Shown here: piece by piece, positions 30,574-39,098 of the stretch
Numbering within the stretch: position 1 is the first letter of the stretch
How the letters are laid out: each line of letters opens with the position of its first letter
Source of the DNA: a virus
IMG/VR virus record: IMGVR_UViG_3300008113_005797
Coordinates: 5,634-69,633 of that record
Reading direction: 5' to 3' (one strand)
DNA: 64,000 nucleotides
The notes under the pieces: generated by a model
Database searches by the model: none
The model's input: only the letters and a program-made list of their open reading frames with translations
Told to the model about the DNA's origin: nothing
Position numbers and translations under genes: made by a program

Positions 30574-31725
30574 TTACTCTCCCTCTAAGGCTCTTACTCT
30601 CGCTGTAAGTTCTTGAACCGCCTTGATTAGAGGAGCAATTAGCTCTTCGTATCTTAAGCCCTGATCAGAATCTAAATTATTTTTATCTGTTAGAATCCAT
30701 CCGCCAAAATCTACGCCAGCATCATCTATGGCTTCTTTTACTTCTTGTGCAATAAGACCCCAGTGGGTTCTTGTTCCAGGAATTACATTTCCAGACTCAT
30801 CTCTGCCACCCTCAATAAAATTATAACTTACTGGCCTTAAATTGTTAATAAAGTTTAAGCCTAAAGAAGAATCCTGTATGTTTGTTTTAGATCTTAGGTC
30901 TGAAGTTGATATGGTGGATGTTGCTGCATATATTGTAGACCATCTTTTTGGAAACGTTACTCCATTTCCACTTGGGATTCCAATACTGTATTGGTTGTCT
31001 CCTTGAGGAAACCAGTTTGAAGAAACACCTGAAACAACTCCTGAAGTGGGGAGTACCATTGATATAACGCCTTCAATAGGATTAAGTGCTGCGCTTAATC
31101 CATCTGCTCCAGCTGGACCCTCTGGTCCCTGTGGTCCAGTTGCTCCGTCTGCTCCATTTGCACCTCTTGGAATTGTAAAATTCAACACAACTGCACTAGA
31201 TGTTCCAGAATTTGTAACTACTGCATTCGTTCCAGCGTTTCCAGTGTTTGTACTTCCAACAGATATTGTTGCAGCAGCAGGACCTTGTGGTCCTTGCTCG
31301 CCTTGTGGTCCTTGCTCTCCAGCATCACCTCTTGGTATTGTAAATGTAAGTGTTTGTGACGGAGCTGTTCCAGATATTACAACAGAAGCATTTGTGCCTG
31401 GATCTCCTGTAATTGTTGGATTTATAGATAGCTCATTTGCAGGACCAGGTCCACCAATAATTCCATCAACACCTCTTGGAATTGTAAAGTTAAATATTGC
31501 AGAACCAGAAGTTCCTGAATTAGTTACTGCGGCTGGCGTTGTAGAGTCTACGGTTGTTATAGATCCTATTGAAATAGTTGCTGCTGGACCTTGTTCTCCT
31601 TGTGGTCCAGGGTTTGCTTCAATAAATGCAGATATGTCTTCGGCCAGTGCTCCTAGGTCTCTAGGAACATCTGGTGAGTCTGAGTAGCTTGGAAATCTCC
31701 AGCCATTTATGCCTGTTGTGCTCAT
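30574..31725 (-). CDS. collagen-repeat fibre with a peptidase S74-like intramolecular chaperone
   Basis: GPQGEQGP triplets, FTIPRG repeats, SDLRSKTNI...LRPVSY...GLIAQEV...LIKAVQEL. Confidence 0.85.
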   Translation of the reverse strand: MSTTGINGWRFPSYSDSPDVPRDLGALAEDISAFIEANPGPQGEQGPAATISIGSITTVDSTTPAAVTNSGTSGSAIFNFTIPRGVDGIIGGPGPANELSINPTITGDPGTNASVVISGTAPSQTLTFTIPRGDAGEQGPQGEQGPQGPAAATISVGSTNTGNAGTNAVVTNSGTSSAVVLNFTIPRGANGADGATGPQGPEGPAGADGLSAALNPIEGVISMVLPTSGVVSGVSSNWFPQGDNQYSIGIPSGNGVTFPKRWSTIYAATSTISTSDLRSKTNIQDSSLGLNFINNLRPVSYNFIEGGRDESGNVIPGTRTHWGLIAQEVKEAIDDAGVDFGGWILTDKNNLDSDQGLRYEELIAPLIKAVQELTARVRALEGE

Positions 31726-31732
31726 TTTTTAA

Positions 31733-32338
31733 TTATACCACCTTGTTGGTTTTCCGCCAAAATCCTGGAGACATGTATTTTGTTCCAGATATGACAGGAA
31801 GAGATTCATGATAATAGGGCTCGACAGATGGGAATATGACTATGCTTCCTGCTTCTGGCTTGATCTTTAATCCCTGTTCTTTAAAATATATCTCTCCGCC
31901 TTCATAATCGTCGTTTAAATAAAGAACTACCGATATGTTTGGATCGTCCCCATTGTTATAGTCATCTACATGTGGCCCCATGGATTTTCCAGTAGAGTAT
32001 TTGCTTATTGATAATGGCATCAAGGACCCAATATTTATGCCATGCACTTCCCCGTAGTTCTCTGATGCCCCTACAATTGCATGTTTTAATATATTGTTTA
32101 TTCTTCTGATGTCTGGGTTGTTGTCTTTGTCTACGTCGTTGCTAAATCTTTTTTGGTATCCAAAAACATATTCTACATCGCCACTTGCAATCCATTTCGT
32201 CCACTTAGGAATCGATGTGCTTTCTGTCATGGTTTCATCGGACAGCTCAATTAGTTTAATTAAAGCTTTTGGGTCTTCAATAACATTTTTATAATAGTGT
32301 ATTTTGTCGTAAGAAATAAGATCAAGCTTATAATCCAT
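31733..32338 (-). CDS. 2OG-Fe(II) oxygenase, prolyl-4-hydroxylase-like (1)
   Basis: HVD...YLNDDYEGGE...HES...K; start at MDYKL. Confidence 0.88.
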   Translation of the reverse strand: MDYKLDLISYDKIHYYKNVIEDPKALIKLIELSDETMTESTSIPKWTKWIASGDVEYVFGYQKRFSNDVDKDNNPDIRRINNILKHAIVGASENYGEVHGINIGSLMPLSISKYSTGKSMGPHVDDYNNGDDPNISVVLYLNDDYEGGEIYFKEQGLKIKPEAGSIVIFPSVEPYYHESLPVISGTKYMSPGFWRKTNKVV

Positions 32339-33170
32339 TATGCTCTCCATCACCATCATCTCTAGTATTTTTACCAGACTGCATTTCAGCTTTTTCTCTT
32401 TCTCTTTCCATTTGATCCCAGATTTCTGCTCCATATTTTTTTTGATTTTCTAGCCATTCTGGGGACCCAGGGTAATCGTACATGTAAAAACTTCTGATAA
32501 AATATTTGATTCCATTGTGTACAGCTTTTACTCCATGATAATAAGGAGCTCTTGATGGAAATATCGTAACATCTCCAGCTTCAGGCTTATACAAATAGCT
32601 TACATATTCTGCGTTTGGATCATTAGACTCGTCTTGAAATATTTTAAAAGACACCTCTCCGCCGTCGTAATCATCATTTAAATACATGTTACAAGTTACA
32701 AAAAATTTTCTTCCTGGCCTATCTTTTTTTTCTTGCTGAAAATCGGTGTGGTGTCCCATTACAGAATTTTTAAAGTCTGGGTTAGGAACATACTTCATCA
32801 GTGTTCCTGTTGAATGATTTTTTGGGGTTCCTTCTGGATTAGACTCTCCAGTTAGCTCAAGATAATGCTTTGTTGTTTTATAAAAAACATCTTCTATGTA
32901 ATTACAAAAAAATCTTATTTTATCGTCTGGCTCGTCTTGAAAATTTATGTCTTCTTTAAATTCTTCATAAGATATGACTCCAGGACCTACATGTGGCCTT
33001 GTAATTTTTATAGGCAAGTTGACTTGTTTGCCAAATGTGTACCAGTCTACCCATTTTGAATCAATTAATTTTATATGCTCAAGACTGTCTCTAAACTCTT
33101 GGTTGTCAAACAGGTTTTTATAAACAATAATTTTAGGAGCTATTCTATAAAAATCTTGTCCCTCAAGCAT
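32328..33170 (-). CDS. 2OG-Fe(II) oxygenase, P4H-like (2)
   Basis: HTD...YLNDDYDGGE...HGV...K; start at MLEGQ. Confidence 0.88.
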   Translation of the reverse strand: MLEGQDFYRIAPKIIVYKNLFDNQEFRDSLEHIKLIDSKWVDWYTFGKQVNLPIKITRPHVGPGVISYEEFKEDINFQDEPDDKIRFFCNYIEDVFYKTTKHYLELTGESNPEGTPKNHSTGTLMKYVPNPDFKNSVMGHHTDFQQEKKDRPGRKFFVTCNMYLNDDYDGGEVSFKIFQDESNDPNAEYVSYLYKPEAGDVTIFPSRAPYYHGVKAVHNGIKYFIRSFYMYDYPGSPEWLENQKKYGAEIWDQMEREREKAEMQSGKNTRDDGDGEHNGL

Positions 33171-33927
33171 ATTTGTTGCCCTTGTTCCACTCTTCTTTTT
33201 GCTTTGCCTGCTCAATTCTGACTTGCTTTTCTTCTTCTTTCCATCTTTCTAAGGTTTCGTCACTATATACTAATTCAGCAAAATCCCAAAAAGACACCAT
33301 TGTATATCTAACGCCTTTAGTTATTTCTGAAACTCCATGAATATTTTCATACCCTCCTGGAAAAACATAGTAGGAGTAAGCATTTGGCTTAAAGGATAAA
33401 TATGTTTTCATCTCGTTATCTTTTTCACAAAAGTAAAGTTCTCCACCCTCATAATCATCGTTTAGGTAAAGAATGCCAACGTATTTATTAATCTCAAATG
33501 CATTTGGCACACCATCATTATCTGAATTGTCTGAGTGCGGAGAAGCAAATCCACCGACATCCCATTTTTGTGCATGAGATGTGTTTGGCCTAACTTTTCT
33601 GCCAAAAACAAGCTCGACAGCTTCTTGATATTTGTTCTTTAGTTTATCAAAAAATTCATCTGGTAAATCAAACTTTTTCATTGTTTCAGAATCTGTTTTA
33701 ATTCCTTTTCCAGAAGATCCATAAAAAGCAATGTCTCCCCAGTCTACATCACAATTTTCAAAAAAATGAATCATTTTAGGAACAATTTCTTTGTCAATAA
33801 AATTTGGTATTTCTACAATTTTATTTGTGTCAATTCCAAGAGAACCCCTTTTATTTTCTGGGATAATGTCGTCTTGTAATATTACAAAATCACTTGTATT
33901 TAAAACATCTATCATTCCATCTTTCAT
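33163..33927 (-). CDS. 2OG-Fe(II) oxygenase, P4H-like (3)
   Basis: HSD...YLNDDYEGGE...HGV...RY. Confidence 0.88.
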   Translation of the reverse strand: MKDGMIDVLNTSDFVILQDDIIPENKRGSLGIDTNKIVEIPNFIDKEIVPKMIHFFENCDVDWGDIAFYGSSGKGIKTDSETMKKFDLPDEFFDKLKNKYQEAVELVFGRKVRPNTSHAQKWDVGGFASPHSDNSDNDGVPNAFEINKYVGILYLNDDYEGGELYFCEKDNEMKTYLSFKPNAYSYYVFPGGYENIHGVSEITKGVRYTMVSFWDFAELVYSDETLERWKEEEKQVRIEQAKQKEEWNKGNKYA

Positions 33928-34805
33928 TTATATTTACCGTTGTCCCTTCCAAAAAATTCATGGATAGACTCTCCGTCTACCTGTGCGCTAAAAATTTCTT
34001 TTTTATATCTTTCTTTTTCCATCTGTTCCCAGACTTCTTCTCCATACTTTTCTTTATTTGCATGCCATTCTGGTGAGCCTGGGTCTTCAAACTCCCAGAA
34101 GCATCTAATCATATATCTTTCTGGGCCAAATGATTTTCTAACGCCATGCATATATGGATCCATTGAAGGAAAAACTATTACGTCTCCAGCCTGAGGCTTA
34201 TGAGATATGTAATGATCGTTAATCTTAAAACATATTTCTCCACCTTCATAGTCGTCATTTAAATAAAATGTGGTGGTGATGCCAAACTTAGTTCCAGGAT
34301 TTTCTTTTAAAGGAACAACAAAATCAGTATGATAATTCATTGCGTAATGCTCAGATATTCCAGCGTCATTTTGGTATATATTTATGGACGCTGAACCCTT
34401 GCTGTAGTTAGGAAGTGCGACATCTGGATTATTGTCTAGATAGTGCTTAGTTACTTTATAAAAAATTTCACCAACTTCTTCGGTAAGTTCAGATTGAGAG
34501 CTCAATGGACCCCAAGCTCTTTTTTCTCTATACTCTTCTATCGTTGGGAATTTATCAAAACTAATTCTTTGTTCCATTAAAGGAAGCATAGATCCGAAGG
34601 TGTACCATTTTTCCCATTTTTCTTTTTCTTGTCTTTTTGTAATATCCAAAAACCCATCAATGTCTTTAAATAAATTTCTATAAATATAAACCTTGGGGTA
34701 AATAACTTCAAACTTAATTTCTTCAGGTCTTTTTAACTTTATCTTATGACTATTATCACAATAGGGATATCTTTTTGATCTGCCGCAAATACATTGCTTT
34801 GTCAT
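33924..34805 (-). CDS. CDGSH-type Fe-S domain fused to a 2OG-Fe(II) oxygenase (4)
   Basis: N-terminal CICGRSKRYPYCDNSH; HTD...YLNDDYEGGE...HGV...RY. Confidence 0.85.
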   Translation of the reverse strand: MTKQCICGRSKRYPYCDNSHKIKLKRPEEIKFEVIYPKVYIYRNLFKDIDGFLDITKRQEKEKWEKWYTFGSMLPLMEQRISFDKFPTIEEYREKRAWGPLSSQSELTEEVGEIFYKVTKHYLDNNPDVALPNYSKGSASINIYQNDAGISEHYAMNYHTDFVVPLKENPGTKFGITTTFYLNDDYEGGEICFKINDHYISHKPQAGDVIVFPSMDPYMHGVRKSFGPERYMIRCFWEFEDPGSPEWHANKEKYGEEVWEQMEKERYKKEIFSAQVDGESIHEFFGRDNGKYK

Positions 34806-35482
34806 GGCTGCCTCTCTCCTGTGTGCTTTAATATAGTCCAAAAAAACGGAATAACGTATCTAATTCCACTTGTTATTTCTTTGACTCCATGAATATAATT
34901 CATATCTCCTGGAAAGAAATATCCTGCTGCTGGTTTTGGCTTAAACTCTATTTTTTGATTTGGAAAATAAAGCTCGCCTCCTTCGTAGTCATCATTAAGA
35001 TAAAACAGTCCTGATAAATCGTAGTAAGGAAAATCATTTGGTTTTCCAGCATCTGGTCCCGTGTGTAGTTCTTTGTCAGCATGAGGCTCTTGTCTATATC
35101 CTGGAAGCCACCTAACAATTGCTGGGCTCGTTGGCAAAGCGTCAACCTGAAAATATTCATCTACTTCTTTTTTGAGTCTTTCAACTATTGTTTCAATAAC
35201 TAATGATATCTGTGGGTCAATTCTATCTAAAATTGGCCTTGACGCAACACGGTTATCCCAATAGGTAGAGTCATATATAACTGTTCCGTTTTCATTATAG
35301 TGAGTTTCAGTTATGTCCCACTCCTGAATAGATCTAGCGGCATCTAATAAAAATTTATGTTCTTCTGGCGTCATTATGTTTTCTCTAGCTTGAATATGAT
35401 CAGCCGAATTGCCAAAAAATCCTGAGGGGGTTATAGAAACTCTTTCGTCCCAGCCCCAATTATTAGTTGTTTTTTTATCCAT
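34802..35482 (-). CDS. 2OG-Fe(II) oxygenase, P4H-like (5)
   Basis: HAD...YLNDDYEGGE...HGV...RY. Confidence 0.88.
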   Translation of the reverse strand: MDKKTTNNWGWDERVSITPSGFFGNSADHIQARENIMTPEEHKFLLDAARSIQEWDITETHYNENGTVIYDSTYWDNRVASRPILDRIDPQISLVIETIVERLKKEVDEYFQVDALPTSPAIVRWLPGYRQEPHADKELHTGPDAGKPNDFPYYDLSGLFYLNDDYEGGELYFPNQKIEFKPKPAAGYFFPGDMNYIHGVKEITSGIRYVIPFFWTILKHTGERQP

Positions 35483-35499
35483 AAGTTTATTATACCATC

Positions 35500-36240
35500 C
35501 TAAGAGTAGGTCCTTTTAGACCAAACTTCATTTTTGTATATTCCGCCATCTGGCTTCCTATATTTTGCTGAATTGCTTTCGTTCTTTTTTTGCAACAAAG
35601 AGGATTTTTCAATAACAGACTCTGATTGCCAATCTTCTCTTTTAAATGGAAGCATTTGTGCATAGGGCGTTCCAGCAGGTAAAATTCCACTAAATCCTTT
35701 TACAAGAAAAAATGGCATTGACCCTGGCAGATTTACTTTGTCATTATCAATGATTCCAGATGTAGTTAGAAACGGCAACTCAAATCTATTAAATGGTTGA
35801 GAGTATAATACACTATAGCCCTCTGGAGTTTCTACTGCCCAGTCAGGGAACCACGCAAAATGATTTTCATGATATCCATCAGGATGTCTAAACTGAGGCA
35901 TTGGTGGTCTTGGGGAGCAAAAGTCTTGATACTTTTTATCAGAAATTTTTACAGATATGGAACCAAAATCACCTTGAACAAATTCAATATCACAAGGAGT
36001 TTTTAACATGTAGCCTGTTCCCATAATATCGAATATAGCTGGGCAAGCTTTCCATGTTGGCATTTTACCTCCACCTGGATTTTCCCAATATTCTCCATCT
36101 GGTTTTTTTGCAAACCTGTCAGCTTTTCTATACCAGTCTGGTATTGATTTAATTATTGGCTCTGGCTTTGATATACTATCTTTATTAAGCCAAGGTCTAT
36201 TTGATACAAATTTAATAGTCAATGCCACAAGGCTTACCAT
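35500..36240 (-). CDS. DUF6065-related hypothetical protein
   Basis: IPDWY...KACPAIFD...GYMLKTPCD...TPEGYS...GIIDND...AGTPYAQMLPFKRE. Confidence 0.6.
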   Translation of the reverse strand: MVSLVALTIKFVSNRPWLNKDSISKPEPIIKSIPDWYRKADRFAKKPDGEYWENPGGGKMPTWKACPAIFDIMGTGYMLKTPCDIEFVQGDFGSISVKISDKKYQDFCSPRPPMPQFRHPDGYHENHFAWFPDWAVETPEGYSVLYSQPFNRFELPFLTTSGIIDNDKVNLPGSMPFFLVKGFSGILPAGTPYAQMLPFKREDWQSESVIEKSSLLQKKNESNSAKYRKPDGGIYKNEVWSKRTYS

Positions 36241-36943
36241 CCTTTAAATAAACAGTTTTTAGCTTTAAAGCCTTTACTTCGTGTTCGCCAACAGACTCTC
36301 CTTTTTCATTAATTGCATCTCTATACCAGTCTGTCCATTGACCTTGAGAGGTTATAGCAGATGCTGCATCTCCGTAAGACCTAGAAGCAGCTTCTTTTTC
36401 ACGATCTTGCACATAGTCATCAACATTTATAACAGTATCTTTTAGTGCTCCTAAAGATATTGGTATTAGTGCAGCTATTGGTTCTCCTGCTTTTATAGTA
36501 ATTTCTTTATTTGGAGTCTTTACCTTAATTGCAATTGGTATCGGGTGTGGATAAAAAGATGTAGAAATAACAGAAGACATAACCTCAAAATCTTCATAAA
36601 AATAATTTGGAGGATTTACAGTTAAAAAGCTCAAATCTTTTTTAGTAGTAATTATAAGATTTGTATTAAAACTTACACTGGATTGCCCTCTTCCAGTATA
36701 AGCTAAATGCTCACCTTCTAAAATTTTTACATGGTCTGATGTGGTGTCATTAATTCCGTCCCAAATAAATTTTATATCAGATTTAGCAGAAATAGACCAT
36801 CCTACTGTATTTGCTAGTGTTACTGGGAAACAGTGGTACGCATGCTTGTCTGGGGTATCATCCATCCATTTTCTTACAACAGAAAGTGGCTCTATTAAAA
36901 AAGCTTCTGGTGAGGTCCTGTAAGCATTGATGTCGTTATGCAT
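36212..36943 (-). CDS. DUF6065-like protein
   Basis: RKWMDDTPDKHAYHCFPVTLANTVGW...PPNYF...KAGEPIA, matched from memory of the family. Confidence 0.65.
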   Translation of the reverse strand: MHNDINAYRTSPEAFLIEPLSVVRKWMDDTPDKHAYHCFPVTLANTVGWSISAKSDIKFIWDGINDTTSDHVKILEGEHLAYTGRGQSSVSFNTNLIITTKKDLSFLTVNPPNYFYEDFEVMSSVISTSFYPHPIPIAIKVKTPNKEITIKAGEPIAALIPISLGALKDTVINVDDYVQDREKEAASRSYGDAASAITSQGQWTDWYRDAINEKGESVGEHEVKALKLKTVYLKDGKPCGIDY

Positions 36944-37680
36944 TAGTTTCCAGTTTCAATAAACATTTCTGGTGTATGAAATTTTGCACTGTAGTCTAGC
37001 ATTGTAACTATTGAATATTTAGTTCCTGAGAGAACCTTTTTGGCTTGATGTGGGTACATAAAGTTAGAAGGAAATATATACAAATCTCCTGCTTGTGGCT
37101 TAACATTAAGATTTTGTAATCTAAAATAAAGCTCTCCGCCCTCATAGTCATCATTAAAATACCCTACAAGTGAGACTGTGCAGTTGTAAGAATATCCGTG
37201 ATCATGATGTTCCATAAAGTGATTTCCTGGTGTATATCTAATAAAGTTAAAAGCTTCCCAATATCTTAAGTTATGAATATTATACATTCTGCAATAATCA
37301 CGAACAGCCTGATACTGAGGATCGTAGCACTCTTGCCAGATATCTCTTAATTTATTGTCTGCTTCACGGTCACCATAAATATCTGTTTTTTTATACTTAA
37401 AGTCAACGCAATCTCTGTATTCTGGCATTCTTTCTTGGTATCCGACATAAGCTGGCATCCAATCATACTGATTGTCATTTGATTCAAGTATTTCTTCTAA
37501 CCGCTTTGGAATGCCGTCACCTTTAGGCAAAACATTTCTGTAGCACCAAATTCCACTTCCCAGATCAATTTTTTCTGTCCAAGTTGGTTTGATTGGTCTG
37601 CTCTGTTCTGCTTCCCACTCGCTAATATATTTTTGATCTTGTAGTTTTTTAATTTCTTGCGCTGGGTCCTGGATTTCCAT
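36943..37680 (-). CDS. 2OG-Fe(II) oxygenase, P4H-like (6)
   Basis: HHD...YFNDDYEGGE...FPSNFMYPHQA...KY. Confidence 0.88.
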   Translation of the reverse strand: MEIQDPAQEIKKLQDQKYISEWEAEQSRPIKPTWTEKIDLGSGIWCYRNVLPKGDGIPKRLEEILESNDNQYDWMPAYVGYQERMPEYRDCVDFKYKKTDIYGDREADNKLRDIWQECYDPQYQAVRDYCRMYNIHNLRYWEAFNFIRYTPGNHFMEHHDHGYSYNCTVSLVGYFNDDYEGGELYFRLQNLNVKPQAGDLYIFPSNFMYPHQAKKVLSGTKYSIVTMLDYSAKFHTPEMFIETGN

Positions 37681-37689
37681 TTTTACTCC

Positions 37690-38436
37690 TTAGTATGGTG
37701 ATTTAGCTGCTGCAGCAGCATTTTGAATATGTCCCTGATGAGCCATATCATTTAAGTCCATCATAATGACAACACAGTATTTAGTTCCTGATTTCATTGG
37801 AAGAGATGCGTGTTCATATATATAGTTTGATGGAAATATTGCGATGTCTCCAGACTTTGGCTTAATAACCTTGTTGTCCATTCTTGGAAACCATATCTCT
37901 CCGCCTTCATAATCGTCGTTTAAATAAATTACTGCGGAGACCGCTGCTTTATACATAGGACCATCATCTGCGTGGACTTTAAACTCTTTACCTTCGCCTT
38001 CATACTTTACAAAATTAAACACTTCGTAGTATGTAACATTAATTCCCCAATATCTACAATAGTCATCTACACAAGATTTAAGTTTTTTGTAGATTTCATC
38101 ATAGACTTGCCAAAGCTCTCCATTGTCTTGCGTCTGCTGTCCGCCCAGTGTGCTGTAGTTCATCTTAAAGTCAACACAGTCTCTTGCTTTTTTAATTGGT
38201 GCGTCTGAGTTTGTAACTCTGGCCTCGCTCCAAGAATATTTAGAACCTGGCTTTAAGTTATTTTCTAATGTTTGTATATACCAATTTATTTTATCAGGAT
38301 CTAGTGCTTGTGTGTAAATATCTAAACCTAAGGCTTCGTTAACAACTTTTATGCTGCCAAACATTTTATCTGGGTTTCTGTTGGAAGAAGTTTCGGACCT
38401 ATCTTTATCAAACCAATCTGAATTTATATCGCTCAT
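37690..38436 (-). CDS. 2OG-Fe(II) oxygenase, P4H-like (7)
   Basis: HAD...YLNDDYEGGE...FPSNYIYEHAS...KY. Confidence 0.88.
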   Translation of the reverse strand: MSDINSDWFDKDRSETSSNRNPDKMFGSIKVVNEALGLDIYTQALDPDKINWYIQTLENNLKPGSKYSWSEARVTNSDAPIKKARDCVDFKMNYSTLGGQQTQDNGELWQVYDEIYKKLKSCVDDYCRYWGINVTYYEVFNFVKYEGEGKEFKVHADDGPMYKAAVSAVIYLNDDYEGGEIWFPRMDNKVIKPKSGDIAIFPSNYIYEHASLPMKSGTKYCVVIMMDLNDMAHQGHIQNAAAAAKSPY

Positions 38437-38483
38437 GCTTACAGTATAGCATTTTACATTTATAGATACAAGGGGATATATAA

Positions 38484-38518
38484 TAAAATAAGGGCCAGCT
38501 CTCGCAGACCCCTATTTT
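38484..38518 (-). terminator. terminator-like hairpin after the Hint genes
   Basis: Minus strand ATAGGGGTC..GC-GAGA-GC..GGCCCTTAT followed by TTTT. Confidence 0.5.
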
Positions 38519-38530
38519 ATTATATTTATT

Positions 38531-39070
38531 TTAAGATATTACTATATTGTTTCCTGCTATGAACCATTGCGATGGCTCGCATCGTATGTCGTAAACATTT
38601 TTTGCTGGAAGCTCTTCTATGGTCTCAACTGTTTCAAATGTTATTTCGCAAGACTCTATTCTCAATGTTACAAGTATGTCTCCAACTTGAACTTGCCCAG
38701 CCTCTTTATGTTTAACAACATTTCCATCTTTTACAAATATGAGCTGATTTTCTGAGAACAGCGTGTCTGATTCATTAAACCTCACTATACTCTTTTGAGC
38801 AATTTCATGCTTGACAACTGTTGTTTCGGCAAGGACTACTTTTTCTCTAATCTGTATTCCAGCCCCAGATGCTAGATCTGCAATGTTTATTTCTGAAGGA
38901 TCAACTGTTAAAAGAACGTCTCCTATGTTTACATTTTTTGCCAACAGGTATCCATTTGGCGTAAGCACCTGTGAGTCTTCTTCAATGCAGGCCTTTCCAG
39001 CCTTAAAGCAGTGAGAATACATCCCAAGTTTTTCATGTAACTCTACAGAGTCATTTTTTTCTATATTCAT
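38531..39070 (-). CDS. 27-aa peptide fused to a Hint (Hedgehog/intein) domain
   Basis: GGAGG RBS before ATG 39070; CIEEDSQVLTPNG...IGD, VQVGD, VYDIRC..WFIAGNNIV. Confidence 0.8.
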   Translation of the reverse strand: MNIEKNDSVELHEKLGMYSHCFKAGKACIEEDSQVLTPNGYLLAKNVNIGDVLLTVDPSEINIADLASGAGIQIREKVVLAETTVVKHEIAQKSIVRFNESDTLFSENQLIFVKDGNVVKHKEAGQVQVGDILVTLRIESCEITFETVETIEELPAKNVYDIRCEPSQWFIAGNNIVIS

Positions 39071-39098
39071 CTTTTCCTCCGAATTTTTGTTTAGATTA

